Origin: Isurus oxyrinchus
Lineage: Eukaryota
Reading direction: 5' to 3'
Assembly (NCBI GenBank): GCA_026770705.1
Contig: JANJGN010000026.1
Coordinates: 37,448,001-37,512,000 of the forward strand
DNA: 64,000 nt
Shown here: positions 24,723 to 37,500 of the stretch, in pieces
Numbering within the stretch: position 1 is the stretch's first letter
Layout: each line of letters opens with the position of its first letter
The notes under the pieces: model-generated
Told to the model about the DNA's origin: nothing
The model's input: only the letters and a program-made list of their open reading frames with translations
Database searches by the model: none
Position numbers and translations under genes: made by a program

Positions 24723-25171
24723 AATCGTGATAGAAAACATTCCAGCATGAAGGGGACATTCTGAAGCTCAATGGTCAGTGGGAGAACTCTGAACCTGGGG
24801 CTTGTTATAGAGATCATAGTCACAACCTGATGAACGTCGCTCATTGTGTATAAACTGTCTCTGATTCATCAACACACTCTGATCAAATGAAATCCGTGAA
24901 CAGGCCACGGTCAAAGACTCCAGAAAACTGATAGGGGAGATGGGGAAGGGTTGTTCAATATGACAGACAGGCACAAAGCTACACCAAAAGGTAATAAGTA
25001 AATGAAAGTATGAAAATCGATTATGGTACAAATGCAAGTTGAATTCAGCTAATATAATTCCACAAGTGTTCCTCAGCTCTTCTTGTTTGTTGTTTGTTTT
25101 GGATGTTTTCGGAAGGTCCCTGTGACTCTCACTGTGGAGGCTGCTTTATTTTCCTACTTATCGGTGCGAGA

Positions 25172-25185
25172 GCGCCCTCTAGTGG
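25172..25185 (-). promoter_or_regulatory. CTCF motif 24 bp downstream of RSS nonamer
   Basis: CCACTAGAGGGCGC, consensus. Confidence 0.82.
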
Positions 25186-25209
25186 ACCCCAGATGGAACT
25201 ACCAATGGG

Positions 25210-25685
25210 GTTTTTTGTACGGGATCCGCTATCTCTGCAGCAGTGTGGGCTTCATGGCACAGAAATACACGCCGCTGTCGGACAGAAAAACCCCGGCGAT
25301 ATTTAAAGTAACCGTTTTGTTTCCTTTGTTCAAATCAGCAGAGAACCTGGCTGGTAATTTTGGAGACCTTTCTTCATTCCCCGAGCTATATATTTTTAGC
25401 AAATATTTCGGAGCTTCCCCGCGATACTGGACGTACCAGAACAGAGTTGGGGAACCGTAGGTTGTCAAGTAACTGCAGTTCAGCGTTATGCTCTGTCCTT
25501 CCAGAATCATTAATTCAGAGGGATCCTGGGACACTAAATCCGCGCTATTCGTTCCTGTAACACAAATGCAAAATGTTTCAAAAGTGAGGGAGTAAATATA
25601 ACCCCTGTAAATACATTGACTATGTAGACATATACTCACCAGGCAACAAGGCCATTATTATCAGTAACGTACATGGTGAGCACAT
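25210..25685 (-). CDS. Intact TCR alpha/delta V segment (family D); leader 25640-25685, V exon 25248-25554
   Basis: MCSPCTLLIIMALLPG/TNSADLVSQDPS…LNCSY…LFWYVQ…DSGVYFCAMKP; CACACTG, 22-bp spacer, ACAAAAAAC. Confidence 0.93.
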
Positions 25686-26709
25686 GGCGTCTTGTATTGA
25701 GTTCGACAGAAAATCATAGATTATTCTAAATATGTTGATCCTCTAGTCTGATATTAAAGCGTAAGCCGGAACAGGATCAGGCTTCACTTATTGAGAAGCA
25801 GAGGGGCGTTTACCCGAGAGGGGATTGGCTGGTCTGTCAGCGCTGATGACAGTTCCTCACCAATCAATGAGAGCCGTGGGCAGTTGCTTTACCTCTCTCT
25901 CTCTCCCTCTTTCCTGACATGTTTAGCTTGTCTGCCTCTCTGCTGTGTCAAACTCTCCTTAAAATAAATGTTCCCTCCTCAGTAAAACGCATTGAAATGA
26001 CAAGTAAACAGGGGGTGAATACAGAATACAACAAATTTGGCAAGCATGAGGTTATGCGTGAAGACCTCCAGGCGGCGTTCCCGTCAGTCTGGAGTTTTCG
26101 CATTGAAATTGGACTCAAAGTTAATCAATAGGTGCCGTTTTTGATTGTCTCATTCAGTGAAGCCATATTGACCACAGGGTATAAGGGCAGTGCGGTAAAT
26201 ATAAACTGCACAGGTACGGAAAGGAAATATGAAACAAATGTGCATTTAAAGGTGAACGAGTGAAATAACTTAGGGTATCCAAGGCAGACAATAACGAACC
26301 AGCAAATAGAGCTGTTAAATACAAACATTCTAAGCCGGTGATAACCATTGGAGTTAGACATATCCCAGAGATCAAATAATCCTGAAAAAATAACCTATTC
26401 GCATGCAGGGAAAGAGAAATTTATTCGCAGTGATGGGTCAAGAGGTCATTGCATGGGACAGTCAATCACTGGGTGAGCAATTGAATGACGTCTGAGGGCA
26501 ACATCAAATAATATGCCGATTGGTGAGGACGTCACTCATCAGTCATTCATTATATGAGGAAAATTTGAAGTTCTCCTCTCTCCCCCTCCTCTCCACCATT
26601 GAGGGTCCTGAACTCGGCAGCAAGTCCCAGTCTGGAAATCAGTCCCTGATTGATCTGCCTTTTGTCCATCTTCATCGTCCTGAACAGAAACCCCCACAAA
26701 TTCCTGTTT

Positions 26710-27147
26710 CTAGTTGGAGCCCTGTTGCTGTTTATATTGTGTGAGTTTGCTTATCTAATCAGATGCATTATCTTACCAAACTCTTAAGAACCTGTCGTGG
26801 TTTGAGTAATTTTTCCTTTGTTCACAGCCATTCAACGTGAGGATCAGAGCTCCCACCCTGAGTAGGTGGTGTCTCGGGAAGGGGTACGGGTTGAACTGGA
26901 CTGTCGGCTCTCTGTTGGTATTGGTTATTCTGTATCCTGATACAGACAAACACTGACAAAGGCTCCGATCTTTATCGCCTCCATATACCAGGAGAATGTG
27001 ACCACAGGACGCTACACACTGTCCTTTGACCGAGCAAAGAAGTCCAATACATCTCTATAGACAACACAGCTGTCCAGGTCGCTGGAATGTATCACTGCAT
27101 GAAGCAGACACAGTGAGTCAAAGAGCGGATCCGGCTGTACAATATTT
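26710..27147 (+). pseudogene. TCR V pseudogene (family E)
   Basis: Exon from 26828 EDQSSHPE*VVSREG…LDC…S*YRQ; frameshift; CACAGTG(27109), 23-bp spacer, ACAATATTT. Confidence 0.87.
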
Positions 27148-27364
27148 TCTTCACTGCCGTGTCTCCACTGAGCCTTTAACCTTTCCTCAAACGAGACCTT
27201 GAAAATGCCAACGATGTTCAGAAACGTTACTTTCCCTTTTTCAAACCTCCGTCTGGATAAAATTATAAAATCCCAAATCTGTTACTCTAGTTACTGTATC
27301 CAGAAACATATTCCATCCCCACACTAGGAGATGAAAGTGTTGGGGGAAGGTATGAACTATCCCG

Positions 27365-27500
27365 GAACCGTGAGGAAAGCTCAACCACTCTCATGCTTAA
27401 CACGGTTCAACTGTTAGATGCTGCGATGTATTATAGTGCCGTGAAACAAAAAGGCGAGGATCTTGTACATGGACTCATTTGACATGGGGACTGAGGAGGC
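27365..27500 (+). pseudogene. FR3 remnant of Cys-less family Y
   Basis: ESSTTLMLNTVQLLDAAMYYSAVK followed by the GACATGGGGACT flank shared with the ~715 and ~39370 copies. Confidence 0.72.
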
Positions 27501-28583
27501 AACCAGCTCATGGGCTTTCGAAGTGCATGAGATACAAGTAAAATCAGTTTTAGAATGGTAAATTTCATCATCAGAGCAATTTAATGGAACAAAATAATAT
27601 TTAGTTATCGGTACGACAGGAATTGACCTGTAAAAATATAAGGTAATATCATATATGTGCAAACAATGAAACGCTAAAGCAATCAGAACAATGAAAGAAG
27701 CACTGCTTGTTATTGGTACAGTTCCTGTACCTACATATTTACAGCCAGAATGACGAATACTAGATGCATCCTCACAGTTCATAAGCTAATAAGCAAACAG
27801 GAAACAGCTGGCATTAGACGAACACGAATCGGGTGAACACATTGAGAAGCTGGATAACCAAAGAAATCAATTTAAAGTCACGTGGATTTCTGCTCTTGGA
27901 TTGGTTGGAACTCTTTGCTGTTCACACGATGTCAGAAGCAGTTTGTTGATCTGCTGCTCCCTACCCCAGCGACTCATATCAGAACATATCAATTGTCTGA
28001 AGACCAGCAAGTTCTTCTCCTCCATATGGAGAGAACGGAAAGAATCCTGTCGCTCTCTGATAGTGCCTCTGGAAAGGAACATATCAGGCGCTGGGTGTTC
28101 AGATCCAGTAAAATAATTTACTAATAGAATGAATGGAGCCTGGAGAAATTTACCCCACATTGAAATCAACATCTTGAGGCAAATCCCAGCGGTCTTTTAT
28201 TCAGATGCCTGTTCCAGACAATTAAAATATCTCCAAAGGGAGAAGGGAATTCAAAAAGAAATGCAGTTTTTCTCGTTTTTGCAACTTTCTTTTAAGGCTT
28301 TCTTTTACCGTTGGTTTTCAAACTCGTTATTTGTACTTTCTTTTATTTATTTTTCTTATTTCATTAATATGCTCTCTTGACATGAATTAGCAAAGTTTTC
28401 TACCTGTTCCCTCACTCATTTTTCTCTTCTGTTGTCCGTGTATGTGTTTCCAATTCTCTTTATTTCGTACTTTTTGAACCCTGTCTCTTCTCCATTTTCT
28501 AATTTAAGCTCATTCACTGTAGCTTTCCATTATTATTACCGGATACCCCAAAACGCAGCAGAGCAGATCTCCCGCTGGGTCCA

Positions 28584-29195
28584 AGTTTCTGTACGGACTC
28601 TCCGTCTGTTAGTTACGCTTTGGCCTCACGGCGCAGAGACCGGCGGCGCTGTCTGTCACTCGGGGGGCCCTCACTGTCATGGTGCTGAATTTAGTGCCTC
28701 CCCGGTTTGAAGCAGTGACACTTCCTTCTTAAATGTCTCATTTGTGGCCATCACCAGATGCTGGAGGGGCTGATTCGGGCGATGTCTGCCCCAGCAGTCA
28801 ACGGAGCGGTAGCCGAGCAGTTCAGAGATGCGATTCCCGCTTTACGGAGAACTATCCGCCCAGAGAGCTGCCCCACCTCATCCTCACTTGTCACAGCCGT
28901 GTGGAGAAGTATGTAAACCAGTACGAAAACTCGGTAAACCCGGAACATTATTGGACCGGATGAAATGCTGAGAGAATGAATTGTTCACGGAGTTCGGGTT
29001 AGAACTAGGATACGGATATCATGTTATATTATATTATATTATATTACATCGAGGAAAATTAACAACCAGCTAAACACCCACTTCAGGTCCAACTCAGAAG
29101 TTTCTTCGAGTAAAAAAACTAAAAAGCCTGTGCTCGGGGTGTGCTTACTCCCGGAATTCCCATATTCGGTGCTTCTCACGAACTGCAGCCTACGC
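28584..29195 (-). pseudogene. TCR V pseudogene
   Basis: VTSEDEVGQL…SLNC…VTDSAAGLCAVR; acceptor CGG; CAAAGCG, 23-bp spacer, ACAGAAACT; donor at 29143-29148. Confidence 0.8.
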
Positions 29196-29296
29196 TGTCT
29201 CTCAACTCACACGCGGTACCACACACTCCGTCTTTCTGCAGGATACCAGCTCACATTCTAACTTCAGACCGGGCCGCCCACACTCAGTGTTTCACA

Positions 29297-29310
29297 CTGC
29301 CCTCTTGTGG
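29297..29310 (-). promoter_or_regulatory. CTCF motif upstream of V
   Basis: CCACAAGAGGGCAG. Confidence 0.75.
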
Positions 29311-29699
29311 CGTGTACTACTGATTGCGATGTGCTTTTATTGCTGCTGAATTCGACAAGTTGTATTTCATAGGAGAGTTGTAAATGGGAGCAGATTTTCC
29401 CTCCTTCTTGGTGTTGTTCGTTTATCCGGAGAGATCTTAATTCCCACCTTTCTTTGCAAACCTCAACATTTAGTGTGTTTCTCTCCTCCAGTCTAATTTG
29501 ATTATTCCTATCATAAAATATGTTTTTATTTATTGAACCTTTGCCTTACCCAGGTGTGTGCACAATGACACCTTCTTCCTGCTGTTTCAATATATCAACA
29601 GTAGTAATAACATTGGTAAATGATAATCAAAGATCGAAATAAACTCTTTCATTCATTTAACATTTTTCACTATTACTGAAGCCTCGAAGGGCTTATAGT

Positions 29700-30077
29700 C
29701 ATTGAAGCACTGATTGAAGTATGGTCATTGTTTAATGTAGGAAATGTAATGTTTAATTTCCGTTCGCCAACTCTCACATACGACAATGTGACAATGACCA
29801 TATAACTTGTTTTTGTGATGTCGATTGAGGGATAAACATTGTTAATTCCAAAGCTCTTCTTCGATGAAGTATCATGAGACATTTTACATTCACCTCAGCA
29901 GAGACTTTCAGACTCGGGTTAATGTCTCATCGAAAAGACGTCACCTCCGGCGATGCAGTTCACCTTCAATGATGCACCTGAGCGTCAGCCATGATTTTTG
30001 CGCTCAAGCCCTGGAGTGAGATTGAACCCAGAATCTTGTGATTCAGTTTGGGAGTCTGGATGAACGAGGGCTGACAA
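29700..30077 (-). mobile_element. Deu-domain SINE (SacSINE1/AmnSINE-like), diverged
   Basis: Reverse complement contains …GGAGGTGACGTCTTTTCGATGAGACATTAACCCGAG… core and a tRNA-like head; family recognised from memory. Confidence 0.65.
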
Positions 30078-30344
30078 TATGTACGAAAATATAAAAGGAT
30101 ATGTACCAATTTCAAAGCAATGGTGCTATTTTTCAAAGTTCTTTGCAGCCTTCTAGACTCAAGACTGAGTCCAATAATCATAGATCATGATCTTTGCCTC
30201 CATCTTATTCATTTTTTTTTGCTGGTTCATCCTTGTCCCGTTTCTTTCTTTATTCCTTCAGATGGCTGTTACGGACCCATACATCTCATTTGGAGAAGTT
30301 ATTAGTTTGTTTAGAATATTCATTGCCATTTTTTTGGCTTTTTA

Positions 30345-30712
30345 AAATTATTTGATGTGATGTTGGCGTCGCTGACAGGACCCATTTGTTGCCCATCCAT
30401 AATTGCCCTTGAACTGAGAGGTTCCTGAGGCTATTTCGGAGGGCCGTTAAAATCCAACCATATTGCTGTGCGTGTGGAGTCTCATGTAGACCATACCAGG
30501 TAAAGATGGAAGATTCCCGTCCCTAAAGGATATTGTTGAACCAATAAATGTTGCTTTCATGGTCACTATCACAAAAGTAGCTTTCGTTTCCAGTTTTTGT
30601 GATTTAAATTTAAAATTCACCACCTGCTGTGTGGAGGGTTTTAAACCCGTGCACGACACCCCGAGTCGCTCAATTACCAATGCAACAACATAACCACTAG
30701 GCTACTGTCTCC
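30345..30712 (-). mobile_element. tRNA-derived SINE (same family as 12290), diverged
   Basis: TTGCCCATCCATAATTGCCCTTGAAC…CATGTAGACCATACCAGGTAA. Confidence 0.75.
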
Positions 30713-30852
30713 CTATTAAATATACCCACTACCACAAAGCAGGCAATGAGGGTCAAAATGAATAAAATCAAATGGAACCTGTGGGCGGGTCTGCCTGTGC
30801 AGGGTTACTGCCGGTTGTCTCTATAATGCCCAGGAGTTAACAGGGAGGAACT

Positions 30853-30866
30853 GCGCCCTCTATCGG
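30853..30866 (-). promoter_or_regulatory. CTCF motif
   Basis: CCGATAGAGGGCGC. Confidence 0.62.
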
Positions 30867-31446
30867 CATCTCTTAGAATTTTGCGCAACCAGAACAAAGA
30901 GAAAAATGAAAATGTATCCGTGGCAGAATTCAATAACCAGCTTCCGGCAACATTTTCAGAATATCCAACTGTGCAACTATGAAGGATATATGAGTGATGT
31001 TAAAGAAAAGGGAATTCTACTTTGTTTGGGATCCTTTTCATTCATAACTTAATCCAACCTTTTAAACTCTGTTCATGACGCTCGTTTTTTGTCCCATTTT
31101 CTTTCATTTATTTTTCCATCCTTGTCGCTTTTTCTGAATTTTGCACTTGCGATTGCTACACCGATTCGCTTTGCTTTTGTCGCTCACTCATTCTGGCTTG
31201 CGTCTTTTCTTCCTTTCCCTGCGTCTCAGTTTCCACCTCTCTTCATTTATGAACCCCTTTAAATCTTCATATATTTCCTTGCATTTGCGCTCAACGCCAC
31301 TCAACCCCACACCCCAACCCGCCCTGACCCACCACTCCAACCCCGCCCCCCCCCACCCCCCCACCAAACCCATATACGGCCCTCGTATTTTTATCACCGC
31401 GCCACCCGCAACGCCGATCGTGGAAACACGGTAGAACGGAGTTCCC

Positions 31447-31762
31447 ACTCTGTGTACGAGCTCTCAGTTTGCTTGTTACACTGTGGCTGACGGCGCAGAG
31501 ATAAGTGGCCGTGTCTGTAACCCCAGCGTCTCTCACAGTCAGGATACTGAGTTTGATGTCTCCCGATTGAAGCAGTGATGCTCCCGTGTTGATTAGTTCC
31601 TCTTGTGGTCATCTCTAGATGTTAGGGTGGTTGATTGGGGAGCTGCCTGTACCAACTCACCGTGTTCACTCCACTGGTGATGATGTAGTTCATGGATACG
31701 ATTCCCGCTTCATTAACAACCATCCGCACTGGGAGCTGCGTCACCTCATCTTCGTATGTCAC
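31447..31762 (-). pseudogene. TCR V pseudogene (paralog of 28584)
   Basis: EDEVTQLP…VSWYRQLPNQPP*…DTATYLCAVS; first Cys missing, stop, frameshift; CACAGTG, 23-bp spacer, ACACAGAGT. Confidence 0.85.
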
Positions 31763-32125
31763 TTCAGTTTAGATCAAAACGGATAAGAAGGAATAGAATC
31801 TGCAAATCCGGAGCATTATCACGTCACATGGAATACCGGCTGAAGCAATTGTCCACGGAGATCAGGTTCGAGCCAGGAAATGGATATTATGTTCAGAAGA
31901 TTCAACAAGGAGACAAACACCTGCTTCAGGTCAAACACAGAGACGTCTTTGTCGAATTAACGAAAGAAGCCGAGCCTTGATGTTTACCGCTTCAGGATTC
32001 ACACTAACACCGGTTCACACTGTCTCTGAGCTCATAGTTGGCCAACTACAATGACTACTTCACAGTGATATCGGCTCACACTGTCTCTGAACTAACACGG
32101 GGCCGCTCACATTCAACGTTTCTCA

Positions 32126-32139
32126 CTGCGCTCTGGTGG
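32126..32139 (-). promoter_or_regulatory. CTCF-like motif upstream of V (paralogous to 29297)
   Basis: CCACCAGAGCGCAG. Confidence 0.55.
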
Positions 32140-32879
32140 TGTGTACCGGTAATTGCATGCTGCAGTTGTTCATTGGAATTCCAGCCAAGCTGCAGTTTAA
32201 ATGATAGTTGTAAATGAAAGCAGCTAATCCCGCCTCTCTGTTATACGTCTCTTAACCGTGGACGATCTACCCCGCCATATCATCTGAAACGTCCAACGCT
32301 TCCATTGCATTTTTCTGCTGCATTCAGGCTGAAGCTTCATTCTACACTGATCATTCACAGTATGACAAGAGGAATGTCCTAATATTGATCTAAAATCTCA
32401 TTTTATGGTTTGAACCAGCATGTTTGCCCATATGGATGCAGGGCGAGCTTTTCCATCGAATATTTATACCCTACCACTGACAACTCATAATAATAAATTA
32501 TGTCGGACAAGCCAAAATGCCTGCTCATGTTAAAATTATTCGTTGCTCCCACGTTCGTTTCTTAATCACCTTTCCTTCAATGAAGCTACTGAACACGTTT
32601 GAGAGTCTGGAATTCGCCCCAACACTGAGCACATATCTCAGTGCTCTCTTCTGGCGGTGACGTGGTACTGCAAGGCATAGCTGTTCAGTAGTTTTTAGCT
32701 TTCCGAATTCCAGATACCTTTCGACAGTCTCCCACCCTAACCTAAGCGCACTATTTTCTTTTCCTTTTTTATGCTTTATCTTTGCATTTTTGCTGTTAAC
32801 GTTTGCTGATGAATCCGATTTCCTAATTACACCTTCGCCAGGATTATCATTTGTATATTTGTTTGTACCATTCCCACAG

Positions 32880-33125
32880 CTCTTCTCTTGGGACACCGTC
32901 CCCCTTGACATTTAACCTCTCCTGCCTTGCACCTTATTGCAGGCTTTGCTACTTGTATACTTCCGCCTTAGCCTGCATTTGTACTTGCCTAAAATCCGTT
33001 CTATTTGTACCTATATTTTCCGGCTCTGATAAACCTAACCGAATAAAACTTAGACTGTTTCTCTCTCCAAAGCTGCTGTATGCCCTGCTGAGCGTCTGCA
33101 GAATTTTGCATTTACATTTCGGACA
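32880..33125 (+). mobile_element. Old Penelope-like terminal repeat remnant
   Basis: CTGTTTCTCTCTCCAAAGCTGCTG…CCTGCTGAGCG resembles 46756-46830. Confidence 0.45.
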
Positions 33126-33306
33126 CTATAAAGTTCCTATCGCAATGAGGGAGGCCATGCCGCCAATTCTGTCTCAATAATTCGGCAATGCATCAATTCC
33201 CTCCCCCAATGTGCCCCCAAACATTTGCTTAAATTAGTTAGGTCACTAGTCAGCTTCAACTCCAGCTAGGATTTTATTTCACACATTCTTCACTTTCTGT
33301 GTGTAG

Positions 33307-34928
33307 ATCTGAGTCATGGAGATTCTGTCACCTGGCCACTGTTAAAACAGAAAGAGAAGCGGTGATCATCTTCCGAGATTCTATAGACTCTGGAACAGTT
33401 CCTACAGATTGGAGGGTAGCTAATGTAACCCCAATATTTAAAAAGGGACGCAGAAAGAAAAAGGGAATTATAGACCAGACAGCCTGACGTCGGTAGAGAG
33501 GAAAATTCTAGAGGCCATCATAAAAGATTTAGTAGCTGAGCACATTGAAAACAGAGGAAGGATCGGGAAGAGTCAGCATGGATTTATTAAAGGGAAATTA
33601 TGCTTGACAAATCTACTGGAATTTTTCGAGGATATAACTAGTAAAGTTGATGAGGAGGAGCCAGTAGATGTGGTTTATTTGGGCTTTCAGAAGGCTTTCA
33701 ACAAAGTCCCACATAAGAGATTGGCATGTAAAATTAAAGTGCATGGGATGAGGGGTAGTGTATTGAGATGGGTAGAAAACTGGTTGGCAAACAGGAAACA
33801 AAGAGCAGGAATAAATGGGTCTTTCTCCGAATTGCAGGCAGTGACTAACTGGATACTGCAGGGATCGTTGCGGGGACCCCAGATAATCACAATATCTATT
33901 AATGATTTAGATGAGGGAATTAAATGTAATATCTCCAAATTCGCAGATGACACAAAGCTGGGTGGGAGGGTAAGCTGTGAGGGGGATGCAGAGATTCTTC
34001 CGTGTGACTTGGACAAGCTGAGTGAGTGGGCAAATGCTTGGCAGATGCAGTATAAAGTGGATAAATGTGAGGTTATCCATTTTGGTAACAAAAACAGGAA
34101 GGAAGATTATTATATGAATGGCTATAAATTGAGACAGGGGAATCTGCAACGAGACCTGGGTGTCCTTGTACACCAGTCGCTGAAGGTGCGCATGCAGGTG
34201 CAGCAGGCAGTAAAGAAGGCAAATGGTATGTTGGCCTTCATAGCGAGAGGATTCGAGTACAGGAACAGGGATGCCTTGGTGCAATTGTACAGGGCCTTGG
34301 TGAGACCACTCCTGGATTATTGTGTGCAGTTTTGGTCTCCTTATCTGAGGAAGGATATACTTGCTATGGAGGGAGTGCAGCGAAAGTTTACCCGACGAAT
34401 TCCTGGGATGACAGGACTGACATATGAATAAAAATTGAGTCGATTACGATTATGTTCGTTGAAGTTCATAAGAATGAGGGGGGATCTCATAGAAACCTAT
34501 AAAATTCTAACAGGACTAGACAGGATAGATGCAGGAAGAATGTTCCCAATGGTGGTGGAGTCCAGAACCAGGGGTCACAGTCTGAGAATATGGGGTAGAC
34601 TATTTAGGACTGAGATGAGGAGAAATTTATTCACCCAGAGAGTGGTGAGCCTGTGAAATTCGTTACCACAGGAAGTAGTTGAGACCAAAACATTGTATGT
34701 TTTCAAGAAAGAGTTAGATATAGTTCCTGGGGCGAAAGTGATCAAATCGTATGGGGAGAAAGCAGGAGCAGGCTATCGATTTGGATGATCAGCCATGATC
34801 ATAATGAATGGTGGAGCAGGCTCAAAGGGCCGAATGGCCTACTCCTGCTCCTAGTTTCTATGTTCTATGTTGTTACTGCTCCTTGGGACTCAAAGTGAGT
34901 ATAACGGCTCAATCCTCGCACAGAAACT
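33307..34928 (+). pseudogene. Delta-like V split by a CR1 insertion (FR1 33307-33365; 3' end and RSS 34872-34928)
   Basis: AG/ATCTGAGTCATGGAGATTCTGTCAC left of the LINE; TACTGC…CAAAGTG, 22-bp spacer, ACAGAAACT right of it. Confidence 0.72.
33362..34870 (+). mobile_element. CR1-type LINE, 5'-truncated (RT ORF 33604-34431)
   Basis: TNLLEFFE…KAFNKVPH…KFADDTKL…LVRPLLDYCVQFWSP; 3' tail ending TTCTATGTTCTATG. Confidence 0.95.
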
Positions 34929-35137
34929 CCCGCCATTACGTACGACAGTGGTTGTTCTTGCCAACGCCGGTTCTAATGCGGATCAATTGTGAAGACCAGG
35001 ACAAAATGATTATTTCAAAATTCTGCCATTTGTTTCTGGTAAATTACAATATCAGCAATAACTGTCTTTAATTGGCGCACATTGGACTGATTCCCCGACT
35101 TTCTCTGAATTCGTTTCATAACGTTTACAAGCGCTCG

Positions 35138-35151
35138 CTACCAGATGGCAG
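35138..35151 (+). promoter_or_regulatory. CTCF motif
   Basis: CTACCAGATGGCAG. Confidence 0.6.
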
Positions 35152-35214
35152 GAGGAAGATGTTCAGCTGCTGGTTTGATGGTCGGGACGGATTACACACT
35201 GAGTTTTTATTATT

Positions 35215-35520
35215 ATTTATTTATTTATGGGTCAGCATTCATTGCCCATCCCCAGTTGCCCTTGAGACGATGTTGATGAGCTGCCTTCTTGAACCGCTGC
35301 ACTCCATGTGGTTTAGGTACACCCACTGTGCTGTTAGGAAGGGAGTTCCAGGATTTTGACTTAGTGAAAGCGAAGGAACAGGGATATGTTTCCAAGACAG
35401 AATGGTGAATGGCTTGGAGAAGAACTTCCAGGTTGTGGTGTTCCCATCTATCAGCTGACCTTGTCCTTCAAGACGGGAGAGATTACGGGTATAGAAGGTG
35501 CTGTCAAAAGAGGCTTGACG
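35215..35520 (-). mobile_element. 3' fragment of the LINE family at 16215
   Basis: Aligns to 16240-16520. Confidence 0.78.
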
Positions 35521-36214
35521 TGTTTATTTAATTACTTCATTTTCAATTCAGAAATCAATATCCCATGAATGTCGGTGGTTCAGTTGATTCGCTAATAAAT
35601 TGCTGTGAACACCATTATTTTTAATATAAGCATGCTTTGAATATTTCTAATGATCAACTCATCCAACGTTGCTGCGCAGATACGTTGTCCGCAAACTCCC
35701 ATCCTGCTAAAATCAATCAAATAGCCAAACCCCTCCCTTTCACCATTTAATTAATTTCAAATGCGGCGTTTCTCTTTTGACCGCATTGTTGTATTAAAAT
35801 TCCTCAGGGCCCACTGGCCGTCTGTATCTCACACTCAGAGAGCAGTTCCTCTAACTGGCTTCCCGAACAGAACAATTTTAACAGTTTTCCATCTCTGTCC
35901 CTGCCTCACAAATTGAACCTGATAAAGGACGAACACTAGGTTTAACCATCGTCCAGTGCCCAGATGTGAGATGAGCAAATTCACTTTGTCCGTTTCTCTC
36001 CGTGCCGAAGGATTCGAGATCCCAGGGGTTGTAAGATCATAGGTTTAATTGAAGACAAAGGAGTTTTAAGCTGATTGGATGTCAGCGGATGATGCTGCCA
36101 GGAAAAAACCAATGAGCAGAACGGCGAATGTTACTCAATCCCTTGCGAATTCTTGACTAAAACAATTTCAGATTCAGCCCCTCCTGCTCAAATCTGCCCG
36201 AGCTCTCTGCAAAC

Positions 36215-36997
36215 ATGTCTCCTGTTACTTTGTATTTATCCCTCACTACTGCAGCTCTTTTAACCGGTAGGTTCACAAGTTGCACAACTCTGTGTTTCGC
36301 ATCTTTACCAAACATTACGTTTACTGGGGCAATTCTCTCAACACATAGATAACAGTGGATTGATCCCGGGTGAGGAAATCTTCCGTATCCACTTTGCCCC
36401 AACACGGGCTTTGACAAACACTCGAGTTTTTAACCCATAGACGGTTTTCCGTTTGCCCTCCAATTTACAGGAAACGACGTCGAAATGTCCGTTTATTTAA
36501 TCGGTCCAAACAGCTTCCCATTACAGCCCCTGAGCTGCGGGAAATCTACATCTGTTTAGCCGCCCTGATTCATTTCTCAGGTTAACGGGCCGATTCTGGC
36601 GGGGACGTAGTGAAGTGACATTGTATAATTGAATATCTCTCCGGGCTCTTACAGGACATTGTGGAGGAGATTCCGTTTCACAGACACCGGCCGCAGTCAC
36701 AGTGAGTGAAGGACATAATGTTCAGTTGCTCTGTAATTTTACAGCTACAACCAACAACCCTGACCTTTTGTGGTACCGTCAGTATCCCAGCGGATCCATG
36801 GAGTATATGCTGCAGAGGAATAAATTTAGCGAGGACACAGGAAGATTACCGGGAGACCGTTTTTCAGCGGCGTTTGATGATATGAATCGCACGGTCCCGC
36901 TGAAAGTGTCTAAAACTGAACTGAGCGACTCTGCGGTCTATTACTGCGCAGTGAGACCCACAGAGACACAGAGCTAGGCTGAACCTGTACAAAAACT
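36215..36997 (+). CDS. Intact TCR alpha/delta V segment; leader 36215-36266, V exon 36655-36958
   Basis: MSPVTLYLSLTTAALLTG/HCGGDSVSQTP…QLLCNF…LWYRQYP…DSAVYYCAVRP; CACAGAG, 23-bp spacer, ACAAAAACT. Confidence 0.94.
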
Positions 36998-37269
36998 GCC
37001 AGACTGTCTCTCAACATAACCGTGCAGTAGGCAAACAATATGATCAGGGGTGAGTCTGACCTGATTCATGAATTTCCGATGTCTCGTACTTTTAACTCTA
37101 TTATATAGTTCATTCGTAATATGTATATTATTAAAGTGCAGTCAGTTTCTTGATATCCCAAAGTATCTCACCGTCACTGTTATAAAGCAACTCAGAAAGC
37201 TCAGCGCCAGTTGGACCCAGCATGATCCTACATACAGTAATGTTTCAATGGCTTACCCGTTCCGGTGAC

Positions 37270-37500
37270 GGTGATTGATGGATAGATATTGTCCAGGACA
37301 ATTTCCTTCTCCTTCTTCCAAAGTGGAGCCGGAGGCATCCTGCACAGCCGATTTAAAAGCTGGTCCCTCTGACGGTGCACCATTCCCTAAGGGCTGCATT
37401 GGGGTATCAGCATTGATCCTGGGCCTCAAGTCTCTGAAAGGGGATTGGAAGCTTGAAGCTCCTGATTCAGAGGCGATAGGGCTAATACCGGAGCCTCATC
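37270..37500 (-). mobile_element. Degenerate Deu-domain SINE
   Basis: Colinear with 29820-30075. Confidence 0.5.

Noticed and set aside
25795-25810. CTCF motif (GAAGCAGAGGGGCG)
   Set aside because: Corresponds to the family-D promoter GC box (ACGCCCC at ~13905 and ~61952) and fits CTCF spacing poorly
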